From assembly GCA_047495785.1 (NCBI GenBank), contig JBLDXI010000001.1, forward strand, positions 2,356,001-2,420,000: a stretch of DNA of 64,000 nt. Direction: 5' to 3'. How positions within the stretch are numbered: the first letter of the stretch is position 1; every line of letters begins with the position of its first letter. Both the position numbers and the translations under genes were made by a program. Source of the DNA: Lepidodermella squamata (taxonomy: Eukaryota; Animalia; Gastrotricha). The notes beneath the pieces are model-generated. The model was not told where the DNA came from. It worked only from the letters and a program-made list of their open reading frames with translations, and did no database searches. Below, piece by piece: positions 39,477 to 52,454 of this stretch.

Positions 39477-40334
39477 TCCGCCTCGTTATGTAAATATTTA
39501 GTTCGACTACGGCCTATCATTCGTGCTCATTGGCTGTTTGTTTTTGTTCTCTTGTTCTCACTCAAATTTTATAAATATCCGTGATAAAGCTTTTCTACCT
39601 CGCTTGTTGACTGTTGGAAATATTTTTAAATTTATGGAAAAAAGCAATGATTGACAAATAAAGTAATGAATAATATGAAAATTCGAGTTTTTCAATGACT
39701 GGTCGGGTTCATGATATTTTGTCTTGGAATATCGGAATTATTTTGGGACATTGTAGGTCAAACACCGTTTCAAAATTCAAAAACGGACCAAATTCAATAC
39801 TTAATTATGGAATAAATTCGATTATTAAAAGTACGTACGTTTGTCCGAAATGAGACCAATACGGTATATTACGGTAATAAATCTTGCTGATAAATGGTGA
39901 GACCACTGGCCGAGTTAATAACCATCAGCGGGTATCATAAAATCGCAGTAGGCCTCCTTAAATCATGGCTAATCACGGCCTCACTTTATTTTATCTAATG
40001 AGGTCATCGCTATGATGCACTCAGCTGGTGTGGCGATGCGGTGTAAATCTGTTTCCAATATCTGTTATTGAAAATGTGCGCCCAAGGTGTAACTGGCGTC
40101 TATACACATAATAGTAGGCGCGAATAGCACACAACTCGGCAAACAAATAATAGCCACATGAAACCACATTTAACAGCTGCTGATATCCATTTTCTTACGA
40201 TGATTGTATTAATAGACAGTTTCATTTCTCACGATTCACCTTCCAATTACTCGTCAAATATATTTTTAATTTCCAGATTCAAAATTTTACATAATTTTAC
40301 GAATTTTTTAGATTTTTTTGTCTATCTTTGAGCG

Positions 40335-42486
40335 ATGCTCAATTTGTTGACCTACGCGATTATTATTTCCGCTAATTTGTTACCAAAATGTGAGGCGGGA
40401 ATCAAGCAAAAGGTCATGGTTGTTTCTTTCGATGGCTTTGCACTTCATTATCTCAAAGCGGGCCGCAATTTGCCGTCTTTCGCCCGCCTACGCCGCGAGT
40501 CAACTTACACCGAATCCGCTCAAAGTGTCTTTCCGAGTAAATTTGCATTTTCCAACATTTTCCAAATGTTTACCTGAATTTGTAGGTGAAACGTTCCCTA
40601 ATCATTTTTCGATTGCAACTGGCCTTTACCCGGAATCCCATGGCATGGTATCGAACATTTTCTATGATCCAGATCAAAAATTTCTGTACAACGCGATGGG
40701 CTACGGTCTTGATTCTCGGCCCGATTTGGACTCTGCAGTTTGGTGGTCAGCGGTAAGTTTCAAAAATGAAAATAATTGAAAAACAGGATTTTAAAATTTA
40801 AATTTGATTTTTTTTTAATTATTACTTTAGGAGCCATTATGGGTCACAGCGCGCAAGCAGGGCCTAAAAACTGGGACATCGTGCTGGCCAGGCGATCGGG
40901 CTAAATACAAACCGGGCGATATGCAAGCGACGTTTCACCGAACCGATTTCACGATGGATATCCCATTTCGGAAACGCATCGACGAAGCCATTGAATGGTT
41001 GACGCGATATGACGTAGACCTTGCCTACCTTTACAGCTTCCAACCCGACGCGACCGGCCATCGTTTCGGCACGAATTGCACTGAAATGGAGGACACGTTG
41101 AAGAAGGTCGATGCCGATCTGGGTTATCTGTTAGATTCGCTTGAAAACGCTGGTTTCAATACGATGAATTTTCATTTGATCATCGTTTCCGATCATGGCA
41201 TGTGGAATCTGGAGCGCGAGGTTGTTTTCGATGATTACATGAATACGACGGAGCTGTTTGAACGAACGACTCGATTCGGTGCGAATGTCCCGTTTTGGCC
41301 TCATCCAGGTCGAGAGGAAGAGGCGCTAAAAACCCTCCAGTCGGTTGCCGAGAAGCATAGCGATTTATTTCAGGTAAATTACAGATAATTATTTTGACAT
41401 TCGAATTCAAAATCAATAATTGAGCTGAAGTTTCGATCGATATAAGAAAAGATCGTATCTGGTTTACCGCCATTTTTCCAAAAAATTCCTATCCAGGATT
41501 TATCTCGGAAATGGTTGATAGAAATAAAATTAAAATTATGGCTTTGGAGTCGGAACCTTGAAATGAATCATTTGTGATTTTTTTGTTTATTTTTTCTGTT
41601 TTGCGAATATGCTAATCAAGAATTGCGTGATGACAATTTTTTCCTCTGAATGCGGTATTTTTTTATTTTCCTTTGTTAATTGGGCATGGCTTTCGGGCTG
41701 TGCCCCACAATCAATCTGAGAAAATCATTTGAAAAATCCGGGTCACTCTGGATGCTAGGAGGCTTTAACGAGCTTCACCGCGGCCCAAGCCGCTAATAAA
41801 ACAAAAACAAATAAATGATTATTGATACTGCTCGGTATCAATCGAATTTAGGTGCGCAATAAATCCTTATTTCGGTTGTAAAAAATTATTCTGAAATTGA
41901 ATTTTCATCGTCAATTTTTCTTCAAGCCAAACGAGCTAATCCATCATTTGAATGTATTTTCAGGTCTATCCGAAGGCAAAACTACCCGAGCGGTATCATT
42001 ATCGAGCAAGTCCGCGAATCCCATCGATTGTCGCTGTCGGAAAAGTTGGCGCCTATTTGACGGCGACTCACAAATTTTCAATGAAGCGCCTGAAACTAAC
42101 GGCCGGCCACGGTTACGACCCTAGCGATTTCCGCATGCAGCCGATATTTTTCGCCCGCGGGCCGGCTTTTAAACGCAATTTCGACGCCTCCCCACTGACG
42201 AAAAATATGTCCACTAAGGTAATTCAAATTTTTTCGAAATTACTCAAGTGAATTTTTGATATTTTTTTAGGACATTTACGCGGTTGTTACGGAGCTCATT
42301 GGGATGAAATATCCGCCACCCGTGAACGCTTCTTACGCCAATGTTGAAGGCCTGTTCCGGGACGATTACAAATTTTTGACCGTCATCGATTTGCGACCCC
42401 GATCTCAATCAAATTCTGCCGCGACCTTGTATGGAATTTACGCTGCGACAATGTTACTACTGCTGAAAATATGTATTTCGAACTGA
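40335..42486 (+). CDS. Ectonucleotide pyrophosphatase/phosphodiesterase (ENPP4/5/6/7-like), probably GPI-anchored
   Basis: Signal peptide, VSFDGF, PS|ETFPNH with the Thr nucleophile, [30 protein letters not shown] and a hydrophobic C-terminus, spread over about 5 exons. Confidence 0.9.
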
Positions 42487-42700
42487 AAAATTGCTCCGGA
42501 ATTTTGATAAATGTTTACCTAATAATTATAAATAAGTGTTTAAATTATTAAGATCCTGCAAATACTGCCACCTAATTTTACGCCGTAAATGTGTTTTTTG
42601 TTCGATTTTTCTATGAATAAAATAAAACCTAATCGGCTCGCGATATAGTTGTAAAAAAAATTATATTTTCTTTCACAAAAATTCAGATATTTTTTTGAAA

Positions 42701-44176
42701 ATGAAGCTCTACTTTCGTGATACTCCTGATGTGGTTCAAACCGATAACCTTAGCCGCGTCTTGCTCAATCTTTTCGAATCGTCAACCAACACAGATATTG
42801 ACCTAATTCTCGACGATGGCTCTCGAATTAAAGCTCACCGCTCGATTTTGTCAGCGCATTCGCCAGCCTTTGCACGAATGCTCGGTGTTGGCAGTTTTAA
42901 GGAGGGTTTATCGGGCGAAGTGAAATTACCTGGAAAATCGAAACCGGCTGTCGATTTGCTGCTGCGGTATTTTTACTCTGGCTGCATTAAAATTGCCGAT
43001 GTTGATCTGGAAACGGCGTTGGCTGCTTTTGCTATGGCCCACGAGTACGAGGTGGACAAGTTCTTCAAAACAATGGCTAACCTACTGATAGAGGTGGCTA
43101 ATTTTGATTAAAATAACACGAATTTTTTTAAAAATATTCGTAAATTTTAGCATGCGATCGATGAAGACTCAGTTTGGCAAATTTTCGAACTGGCCTTGCT
43201 ATTCAACGAGGGCGAACTACTGGACGAGACCCGCGATTTCACCTACTCAAACGCGACAGAATGCCTGAAAAATGAATCATTTGTTCAGCTGTCAAAATCG
43301 GCTCTTCTCAATGTTTTGTCTGATGACTATCTATTTTCGCCGGAAATAAATGTCGCTCTAGCGGTTTGTCGGTGGCAAGAGCACAACAATTGCAGTGAAA
43401 TCAAAGAGGTGCTTGCAAAAATTCGATATTCGTTCATCAAGTTGGATGGCTTCACCCTCGAAGATATCGCTGCCTTGTATGATTTGTTGAAAGCGAATCA
43501 AATCGATTTAAAAAGTGTTGGAAAATCTGGTTCTGAGGCCAAAATGGCGAGAAAATTGTTTGTTCGATCCTACGGTATTTATCTAGGAACAAATCAATTT
43601 GATTGAAAAACTTATTTTCTAATTTGACAGCTCTACTAGATAATGGCACTCAAGTCGTTGGTATCGATAGCAAAATTTTGCTGGAGCCTTCCGTGCTGCG
43701 TGAAGACTCGGAGGTTGATTGTCAGGTTGCGAGACATGACTCTGTCATCATTACACTCCCGCGACCTCGGACAATTTCATCAATGTCATTCAGCATTCAT
43801 AGTAATGGCAAATCTTCCTGTTATTGTATTTTCGAGGTACGCGAGTCAAAAGCCGCGCCCTTCGAGGTGCTGCTCCCTTACGACAGCTCGAGCTTTCACT
43901 ATGGAGTGCAGATTCTTGTATTTCAAGCCCGGAAGATTTGTGAAGGTTGGACGTCATTTTGATACTTCTGATCTGTTTATACTTTCAATCTTACATCTAG
44001 TTAAAATAACGGGTGGCTCAGCATACCAGCATACCAGGTTCTACTCGATCCGTGCGTTTGAATGTCCGTCTACGACGTACCAACCGAAATTCGGTCAAAT
44101 TTTCGCTAAAGAAAGACCACCGTCTAATTTCAAGCTCTATCAGCTGAATGATATTGACCCAGATAGCATTTATTAG
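42701..44176 (+). CDS. BTB/POZ-BACK-discoidin-like protein, BTBD9-like paralog 2
   Basis: BTB (TDIDLILDDGSRIKAHRSILSAHSPAFARML), BACK (FVQLSKSALLNVLSDDYLFSPEINVALAVCRW) and C-terminal QILVFQARKICEVKITG..IRAFEC. Intron positions match the gene at 5147-7128. Confidence 0.82.
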
Positions 44177-44912
44177 ACTCAACGTCGAACAATTTGAGAT
44201 CAATGAAGTTCGCGACTGCTTTTTGACTTCAAGAATGGCTTGTTGCGTTCGTTTTCGAGTTCTTATAGAATATATTATATATATTATGTTTTATTAAATA
44301 TAATTCTCCCTCGTTGATTCAAGGATATACTTTACTTCGAATTATTGAAATATCTTATTAACTGTAACTTCATGATAACAGATCACCGAAAAAATACGAA
44401 TGAAAATGTCCGTTAAATAGGGTAAAAAATTACTTTGGGCAGTGGGGTCACTTTACCGTGCCTCGGGTGACTTTAAAAACTAAATCGGAATTTAGGCATG
44501 TTTTTTGAGCTGAAGTCTCATGAAAGGTTCAGCCTTTGCTTGAAAAGAAATAAAAAAAATAAAATTTGCTGAAATTCCAAAAACGATTGAATCACCTATT
44601 GGCCCAAGGGATTATTTTGGCGATTATACGCTTGTAGATATTCCAGCATTTTATTTCCGATAATTTTAGTAGAATGAACAAAATCCGACCGAAAACATCC
44701 TCATCGCGTGGAAATGTGATCGCGTGCTAATTAAAACACGCGTTTCTTGAACAAAGAAAGCCGTATTTTGCATTCGGAATCTTTTCCGTCTAGTTGTTTA
44801 TTTTTTTTAGTTTAAAACGTCATGAAGTAAAACTACTCTCAAGATACATAGAGGTATATAGGCTCACAGATCGTGTTGGTGTGTTGATTAACCCGGGAAT
44901 CCTATTGCGAAG

Positions 44913-47900
44913 ATGACGTCAGCCGATGTTCCAGTGCGATCAGCGCTTCGAACACTCTTCTTCCTGCGAAATTATTTTATCGCAATTTTAACGCCTATCC
45001 TCCTGGCGCCGTTGTTCATCTACGATGGGACCCAATACCAGGCCGCGGCTCGATGTGGCTACGTTCTGCTAATTCTCATTATTTTCTGGACAAGCGAATG
45101 CATCCCGATAGCTGTAACAGCTTTATTGCCAATGGCGCTGTATCCTCTACTCAAGATTGCTCCGGCAAGCGAATTGGCTCCAAAGTACATGGGTGTTAGT
45201 CACTTACTTTCCTTATTTAATTTTGAGAATTGTTTACCTTAAATTATTGAGGTTTAGATTTTTTATTCAAAAATATGCGCTCTTCAGAAAAATTTCAATG
45301 AATTTAAATCCTAATTAATTAAAATTCATTTGTTTTTGATATTTACTATCAAAACCAGGAAGTCAATATGGCTTTTGTTGGCAGCTACATTCTTGTTATT
45401 GCCGTTGAAAGTGCCAATCTTCATAAGCGATTCGCCTTGAAAGTTCTTACTCTGGTCGGCGCCCAGCCTCGCTGGCTCCTTTTCGGTTCACTTTGGTCCG
45501 GTTGCGTTCTATCGATGGTAATTTTTAGTAATTTTTAAATAAAATTAACTCGCAATTTTCCTTTTAATTTTTTAATTTTTTTCAGTTCACGAACAACACT
45601 GTTTGCTGCGCCCTTCATTTGCCAATTGTCAAAGCGATTGTTGAAGAACTTCGAAAAGCTTCGGCAGACGTCGAAACAGATGATGAATCACCAGCGACCG
45701 ATCGATCCCCATTATTGCAACCACTCTCGATTCAAATCGATCGCGAAACCGATTCTTCCAACAACAGCAGTCACCTAGATGATTCAAACTCCTCGGATAA
45801 TTCGCTGCTAATTAGCCAACAACCTCAGCAAACAGGTAGTGCTTTGAACGCCTTGGATGCCGCCTTGAGAAAAGCAGTCACGCCTAAAAAAGAGAAGCCG
45901 CATCACGATAGTGCCAATTTATCGAGTGAAACAATCGCTGGTATCGAGAAAATGCTGCTGATCGCGGCGGCTTACAGCGCAACGCTAGGTGGCATGTGTT
46001 CGATTATCGGTTGTATGGGCAATTTGGTGGTAATGGATCTCACCGAGTCGATTTATAAGGCGAATAATTACACGTGCACGCAGCCGATCAGTTTTACTTC
46101 TTGGTTTGAAATCGGAACACCGCTCGGATTCATTTTCACATTTTTCGCTTGGATTTGGCTCCAGATCTTTTTTCTGGGACCAAGGTATGTCAAGATAATT
46201 TTTTGTAAATTAATTATTTATCATTATTAATTAATTTATTAATTACTAATTTATTTTTTCATTAATTTATTCAACAAAAATTCGGTCCAGTTCGGTTGAT
46301 GCCAGATGGCGAAGATCATTGACTTCTGGGCGTTTATTTTAGTTATTTGTTTTCGTCCCAACATGTAGCTGGAAGCTGGACGTCGAACCCTGCGCTTCTT
46401 ACTGTTCATATTATTCCTGCGGGGTTGAGCGTGCCGAATGCTGATGCTAATCACGGCTGCAGTCTTTAGACCTTTTTGCGGGGCATGTGTCGCTTGAATG
46501 ATAGCGGCGGAATCTGAATTCAGCTGAGGATAGAAACTTAGTTTCGTTAGGACTATACTTAATTTGGATGGCTACACAACATTCGAAAGTTCGAAATAGC
46601 GGAGAAAGAATAGATATTGTCCGGTAGTTGCGAAGATTTGAGGTGAATCTTTGTTCGGCGGTGAAATTCACGATAGCCTGCGATCGGCGAAATTAGTTTG
46701 AAAGTGGTCCAAGAGGTCGTAGTTCCCCATAATGGGAGAAGAGCAATAAAGGTCAAAATTCAGGCCGTTATTGAGTTTCATTTTCCATGGTTGTCATAAT
46801 ATCTTCAACTTCGGCCCTAATAACAGCCTCCTTATCATCGTCGTTCGTCTTTAGTCGACAGCGCGTAGGTATTTAAGGATTGACTTCAAGGTTCGATTAT
46901 ACCTCTCCAAGAGGCCATTTGCCAAAAAAACACAAAGAAAATCATGGAAAAATTCTGAAAAACCTGAATATATCAATCTTGAACTTTCCAGTTTCGAGGC
47001 AGACAAGGTGTATTTTCGAACCGGATTTTCCGAGCTGAGTATCGAACTCCGCCACTAAATCGGCCCACTTATCGAGAAAAGCATAGAAGAAACTCCAAAC
47101 ATAGCCAGGCTGTTTTAATCGTCTAAAAGATCGATGTAATTCGAATAATTGAAAATTCTAAAATCATTAGTCAAATTTTCAAAATAATTTCAATTTATTT
47201 GAATCCTCTCAACTTGGTGATTCTTTAACTGACTTTAGGTACATGTGGTCCATCTGGGTCGTAAAACCAGTTCGACGCCTGCTCGGCCTCGGCTGCGGCC
47301 TGATCACGTGCGAGTCGAAAATCAACACCACCGACGAGCAAGCCGCCCGAGTGACCAATGCCATCAATCGTTTGTACTCCGAATTAGAGCCTATGGGCTT
47401 CCAACAGTACGCTGTTCTCGGCCATTGCGCCGTCATGGCCGGGCTGCTATTCACGCGGCAGCTATCAGCCGGCGGCGATCAGTTCATCGGCTGGGGCATA
47501 ATTGCGCCTTCATTTGTCAAAGAATCCACCGCAACAATTTTAGTCTCAATTTCGCTCTTCATTTTCCCGAAATCTCTCTCAACATCATCCGAGCCATTGC
47601 TGAGTTGGAAAAATGTCGATCAATCATTCCCGGTCAGTGTTTTACTCTTGATTGGCGGCGGCATGGCGGCGGCTGAGGGCGCGAAAGAATCTGGGTTATC
47701 AGCCCTTTCTGCCCCATTTTTGCTCGATGCTATGGAGGGCTTATCGCTGACCCAGGTCATACTAATTATATGCCTAATTTCTGCTGCACTGACCGAATTT
47801 ACGTCGAACGTCGCTCTCGTCGCTTTGCTGTGCCCTATCGTCGGAAAATTAGTATGAATAATTTTTAAAAATTTCGATTTTTTTTTAAATTTATTATTTA

Positions 47901-48199
47901 AGGCTGTGGATATGCATGTTCATCCTTTGCTGTTGATGTTCCCGAGCACGTTTTCAGCTTCACTGGCTTTCATGCTGCCGGCCGCAACACCTCCGAACGC
48001 CTTGATTTTCTCAACAAATCAAGTGAAAATTCACGATATGGTGAGAAAAATCGTTAAAAATGTTTAATAAAATATAATTAAAAATGTCAAGGTGTTTTGC
48101 GGCCTCGGAATGAAAGTTATCGGCATCGCTTTGATCTTTTTGGCTGTTCACACATGGGGAGATGCGGCGTTTTCGCTTCACAAGCCGCCGTGTTCCTAA
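44913..48199 (+). CDS. SLC13/DASS family Na+-coupled dicarboxylate/sulfate transporter (Indy-like)
   Basis: FWTSECIPIAVTALLP, AVESANLHKRFAL, AAYSATLGG, ISFTSWF, LLIGGGMAAA, TEFTSNVA and SLAFMLPAATPPNALIF over about 6 exons, with stop TAA at 48197-48199. Confidence 0.9.
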
Positions 48200-49232
48200 G
48201 TCAATCCGACCCTTATAGCCAATTTTTTCAACAATCAGCCTCGCGAAAAACAGCTCAAGTTGTGTCTTTTTTTCAAAGAGACGGTTATACAAATATTTAT
48301 GGTTTTCACCTTCAGATCACCATAGCAATCTATCATCGTTTGAAACACAAATTGCATGCGGTTATATTTACCGAATAAATAAAACAAAAAACTGTTTGCC
48401 CATGCGTTTTTTTTTCAACGTCAATGACTGCTAGGTATATGCCTGGACTTTCAGGTGCAGAATCAACGCTCCACTTGGTTTAAAATCAATTTTTTAAGAT
48501 TGTTTTAAGTGCTACGCTGATCGGTTCATTCTTGATGCCGGAAGATGTTGTATTATCTGTGTTTTTTCACTGAATAGATAACGATGAATCATGCAGGGCT
48601 TTTAACGTCTGTCGTCAACTTGGGAGCTTCCATGACGAGCGCGGCGGGCGATCAAAAGAAGCGCCTAGCTTGTATAATTATTAGTACGCTGAATACAGGG
48701 CAAGCCAAAATTGCGAATATATAGTAACATACCAGCGTAGGTTGTATGAAAGATAATTTACCATCCCTAGCAACCAAGGATCTTGTTAAAAATGATGCAG
48801 AAAATAGCGTAGAATAAACAACACGCCCCACTCTTTATTACTATACACAACCGGCTTGAAATTACGAAATAACTATAATTTTTGTAACTTTCGCTTTTCT
48901 TATTTGTGTTTCCAATTTTTCAAAAGCTATCAGTTCACTCTGTTTAATTTTTTAATTTATTTAATGTTGCCAAATTTCTCGAATGAGTCGGGGAATATAA
49001 AAAATAAAATTAATATATATCAATGAGCGCCCAAAATTTCCTACCATTTTTCGATTTTTTCAATTTCCGAAAAAAATCCCTAATATTTCAGGGATATCAA
49101 GATTCCCAAATGCTTTTAATTTCAGATTTGTTTTAGCAGTTTTTTCATTATTTTCTATAATTTTATCAATTTTTTAGGAATTCATTTTTATCATTATTTT
49201 TATTATTATTTTCATAGCAATTTTATTTGTGA

Positions 49233-51050
49233 ATGCCAAGGGCTCCAGAACCCGCACCGCCAAAAGGCGGAAAACCGCCACCCCCTGCGCAGCCATCGAA
49301 GGGTGATCCAAAGTCGAAACAAGCCGCCCCACCCCCTCAGCAGCAGCACGTTTCTCGGAAGGCTCAGCACAACCAGGAAGCGCCGCCTCCACCGCCTGGT
49401 AACCGCAAAAACTCGGTCGAAAAGGTGAAAACCTACGTGGTTGACTCGCCGAAGCAGTTGGTGGCATCTAAAAACGCCAATCAGCCCGAGCCGCTGCCAC
49501 CGGGTCGAAAAAGTCCGAAGCCCAAACCGAGACAGGATAAGCAGGAGGTCTTCGCGCGGACCCACCATGCTCCGGATCAACCAGTCCGGGCATCCGGGGA
49601 GAAACCGAAACCAGGCAAGCCGGGTCAGAAAATTTCCTTCGGTGGCTGGAATGAGTTCATCTCGGACGAAGTCGATAGGCTACAGGGTAAATCGAATAAA
49701 CCGGCCGGGAAGGGCCGTTCGGAGCCGCAACCACCGCCGCCACCAGCTTTGAAACCGAGTAAACCCGGCCAGGGTGACCAGGCGAAGAAATCTGGGAAAT
49801 ACACGACTACGGTGGTTTACGAAGTTGTCGACGATTATGACGACCCGAGACGGTATAAAAAGAAGCCCGAGGCCAAACCGGCGAATGGTAAGCTCCCACC
49901 TGTTGCTACGAAAAACCAGCCGGTCCCTAACAAGGCGGCGCCTGGGCCCTCTCGGAACAGGATCACGACTATCCCCGAGGAGCCGCCGACCCCCCGTCAA
50001 AGCAAGCCGGGAAAAATCTCGGAGCAGCCGCAAAAATCAGGTAAATCGATCGAACAACCCCGACATGAACCTCCGGGTGTCAAAATGGGTGCTGCTCATA
50101 ATCGGAAGCTGTCATTCCCGAGCCCGGTCGATCCCGTTGGGAAACATCGAATTTCGCTGATACCTGAAGAGCCTGACTGGGTTCATCAAGCTGCAGCGCG
50201 GTCGAATAGTAAACCCAACGCTCCTCCTCCACCACCACCACCTGCTCATAGGAAGGGTGACCCGCCTCAAACGTCTTCTAAGCAACCACCGCCGAGTAAT
50301 AAACAAATCACAGCGCAACAACTCCCGCAACGGAAAGGTGATCCATCACCTGGCCGAGGGCCCCAGGGTGCTCCGGGTGCTGCTGGATCTAAAGGTTCGA
50401 GTAGTAAGCCAAACGCACCCCAGAGGAAGGAAGACCCATCACCCGGAAGAGGATCCCAGGGTGCTCCCGGGGCGAAGGGTCCTAAGCCAGATCCAAAGCA
50501 GCAAAATCAGCCTGGAAGACCTCAAAAACAGGAAAATGCGCAATCTCGGCAAGCTCCGCCGGCTGGAAAACAGAACCAAACTGGCGCCAGGGCCCCGCCG
50601 GAGCCTCCATCAAAGGGGAAACCTCAACAGCAGCAACAGAAGGGGCAAACTCAAACTCAGAAACCAAATCCGCCGGCTGGAAAGGCGCGGCAATCTAATT
50701 CGAATGTAACCCCTCGAGAATCTGTTGATCGTAAAAAGCCTCAGCCACCCTCGAAGAGTGCCCCGAAAAAGGGTGTCTCCCTATCAACGGGTGACCTCCC
50801 GCGAACTGTCGCGAAATCAACAGGTAAAACTGCTGGCAAAACCAAGGAGCCTCCTGTTGAGGTCGAAGAGGTGCCTGACCTTCAACATCGGCCGAGCTTC
50901 AAGAGCAAATATCACGCGAATTTCAAGCGGTTTCCTATACTGGCGGAGCAAACTGATACGGAGAAGCGGAGAGGATCCTTCGCCTACTACCGAGGTGGTG
51001 TCGTTCTGGCGCGGGGGATCCACGCCGCACTTCGAGGGGGAAATTTTTGA
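49233..51050 (+). CDS. Pro/Lys/Gln/Gly-rich intrinsically disordered protein (605 aa), unknown function
   Basis: Uninterrupted 1.8-kb GC-rich ORF between AT-rich flanks, with poly-Pro runs and an internal repeat PQRK(G/E)DPSPGRG(P/S)QGAPGA. AATAAA at ~51143. Confidence 0.7.
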   Translation: MPRAPEPAPPKGGKPPPPAQPSKGDPKSKQAAPPPQQQHVSRKAQHNQEAPPPPPGNRKNSVEKVKTYVVDSPKQLVASKNANQPEPLPPGRKSPKPKPRQDKQEVFARTHHAPDQPVRASGEKPKPGKPGQKISFGGWNEFISDEVDRLQGKSNKPAGKGRSEPQPPPPPALKPSKPGQGDQAKKSGKYTTTVVYEVVDDYDDPRRYKKKPEAKPANGKLPPVATKNQPVPNKAAPGPSRNRITTIPEEPPTPRQSKPGKISEQPQKSGKSIEQPRHEPPGVKMGAAHNRKLSFPSPVDPVGKHRISLIPEEPDWVHQAAARSNSKPNAPPPPPPPAHRKGDPPQTSSKQPPPSNKQITAQQLPQRKGDPSPGRGPQGAPGAAGSKGSSSKPNAPQRKEDPSPGRGSQGAPGAKGPKPDPKQQNQPGRPQKQENAQSRQAPPAGKQNQTGARAPPEPPSKGKPQQQQQKGQTQTQKPNPPAGKARQSNSNVTPRESVDRKKPQPPSKSAPKKGVSLSTGDLPRTVAKSTGKTAGKTKEPPVEVEEVPDLQHRPSFKSKYHANFKRFPILAEQTDTEKRRGSFAYYRGGVVLARGIHAALRGGNF

Positions 51051-51228
51051 AATATTATCAATTATTATTTGTTATTTTTTGTGCGACAAATTTGTATTTT
51101 TATGATCGCCTAGCGCAGAGATTTTTAGCTCGAAATGCTTTCAATAAAAAATGAAAAATAATTAAATATCTTGTCCACCCGAATTGAGCAAAAATAGTTA
51201 ATTGCTCCATATTTATTTAAAAAAATTA

Positions 51229-52454
51229 TCAATTGCATTTATTAGGACCGGTGCCGCGTCTCTGATTACTGAGTTTGCACCCACTGAAGGTTGAAGACGA
51301 GGATGAACTGGCGCCAACTAAGGCGTCATCGTCGTTGTAGAGAAGCCGTCGAATTTTGATGCCAGAATCGCCTTTTCGACGCGTCCGCTCGAGCAGCATC
51401 TGGTCTTTAATATCGGCCAAATTTCGAAGTTGTGCTGCTAGCGATATGAATGTTTCGTTGACGTTCACCATTTCCTTAGCCGAGGTCTCCATAAACATGG
51501 CTCCAAACTCATTTGCCATCCTCTAAAAATTAAAATTAAATAAAAAAAAATTACAGTAATAATAATGAGTGAATAGTAAAACTGCATACTCTTATTGTCG
51601 CACAACTCGATTAACTTACACTACATATGTACTAATTGGTTCAAAGTTAGCGGCCTGCGTGCCCTTTTGAAACCACGAATTTCTTTTTGTACCAAATTTT
51701 TATACGAAAGTATATTTTTCGAAATAAACATAATAATAATAATAATAATAATAATATTTAGCTATTTTTACCTGTCCCTCCAGCCGTGAAACGACTCGAT
51801 TGCGTACTAGGTCACATTTACAAGCGACGAGAACAATTTTGAGGTCATCTCGGCCGTGTTTTTTGGCCTCGCCGATCCAGTGCGGAACATTTGAATATGA
51901 TGCCTAATAATAAAAAATCTACCTTAAAATTTGAAATAAATGGAAAATTTAAATTTACCCCGCAGGTTACATCGTAAGCCACGACTACAGCATCAGCATT
52001 TTGGTAGTAATTTCGAGTGAGAGCTTTGAATCTTTCTTGACCAGCAGTATCCCACTGATATAAAATTTCAATAATTTCAGAAATTAAATCTTAGAAAATA
52101 TTACTCACAATAACAAGTTTGATGATTTTATCATCGAATTCGATGCGTCTCATGACCTAAAAAAAAAGAAATTAGGTCAACATTTTGGAAATGGAAGCGT
52201 GAACATACAAAATCGACGCCGAAAGTCGCTGGGTATCCATCATCAAAAATTTCACCCTAAATTTCAATGAAATAATTTGCAGTCAATGCCAAAGACTCGG
52301 CGAATTGTTTTACCTGAAAGCGCCGTAGTAAGCAAGATTTACCAACTGAGGAATCACCAACAATTATGAGCTTGAAAGCATAGTCTCTGAAATATATTGT
52401 TGAACTAAAAATCAAATTTCTAAGAATAATTTGAACTTACTCAGATGATGGCAT
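51229..52454 (-). CDS. Rab-family small GTPase (Rab30/Rab19/Rab43-like, divergent)
   Basis: Seven short exons give [58 protein letters not shown] and C-terminal KCN. Confidence 0.88.
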
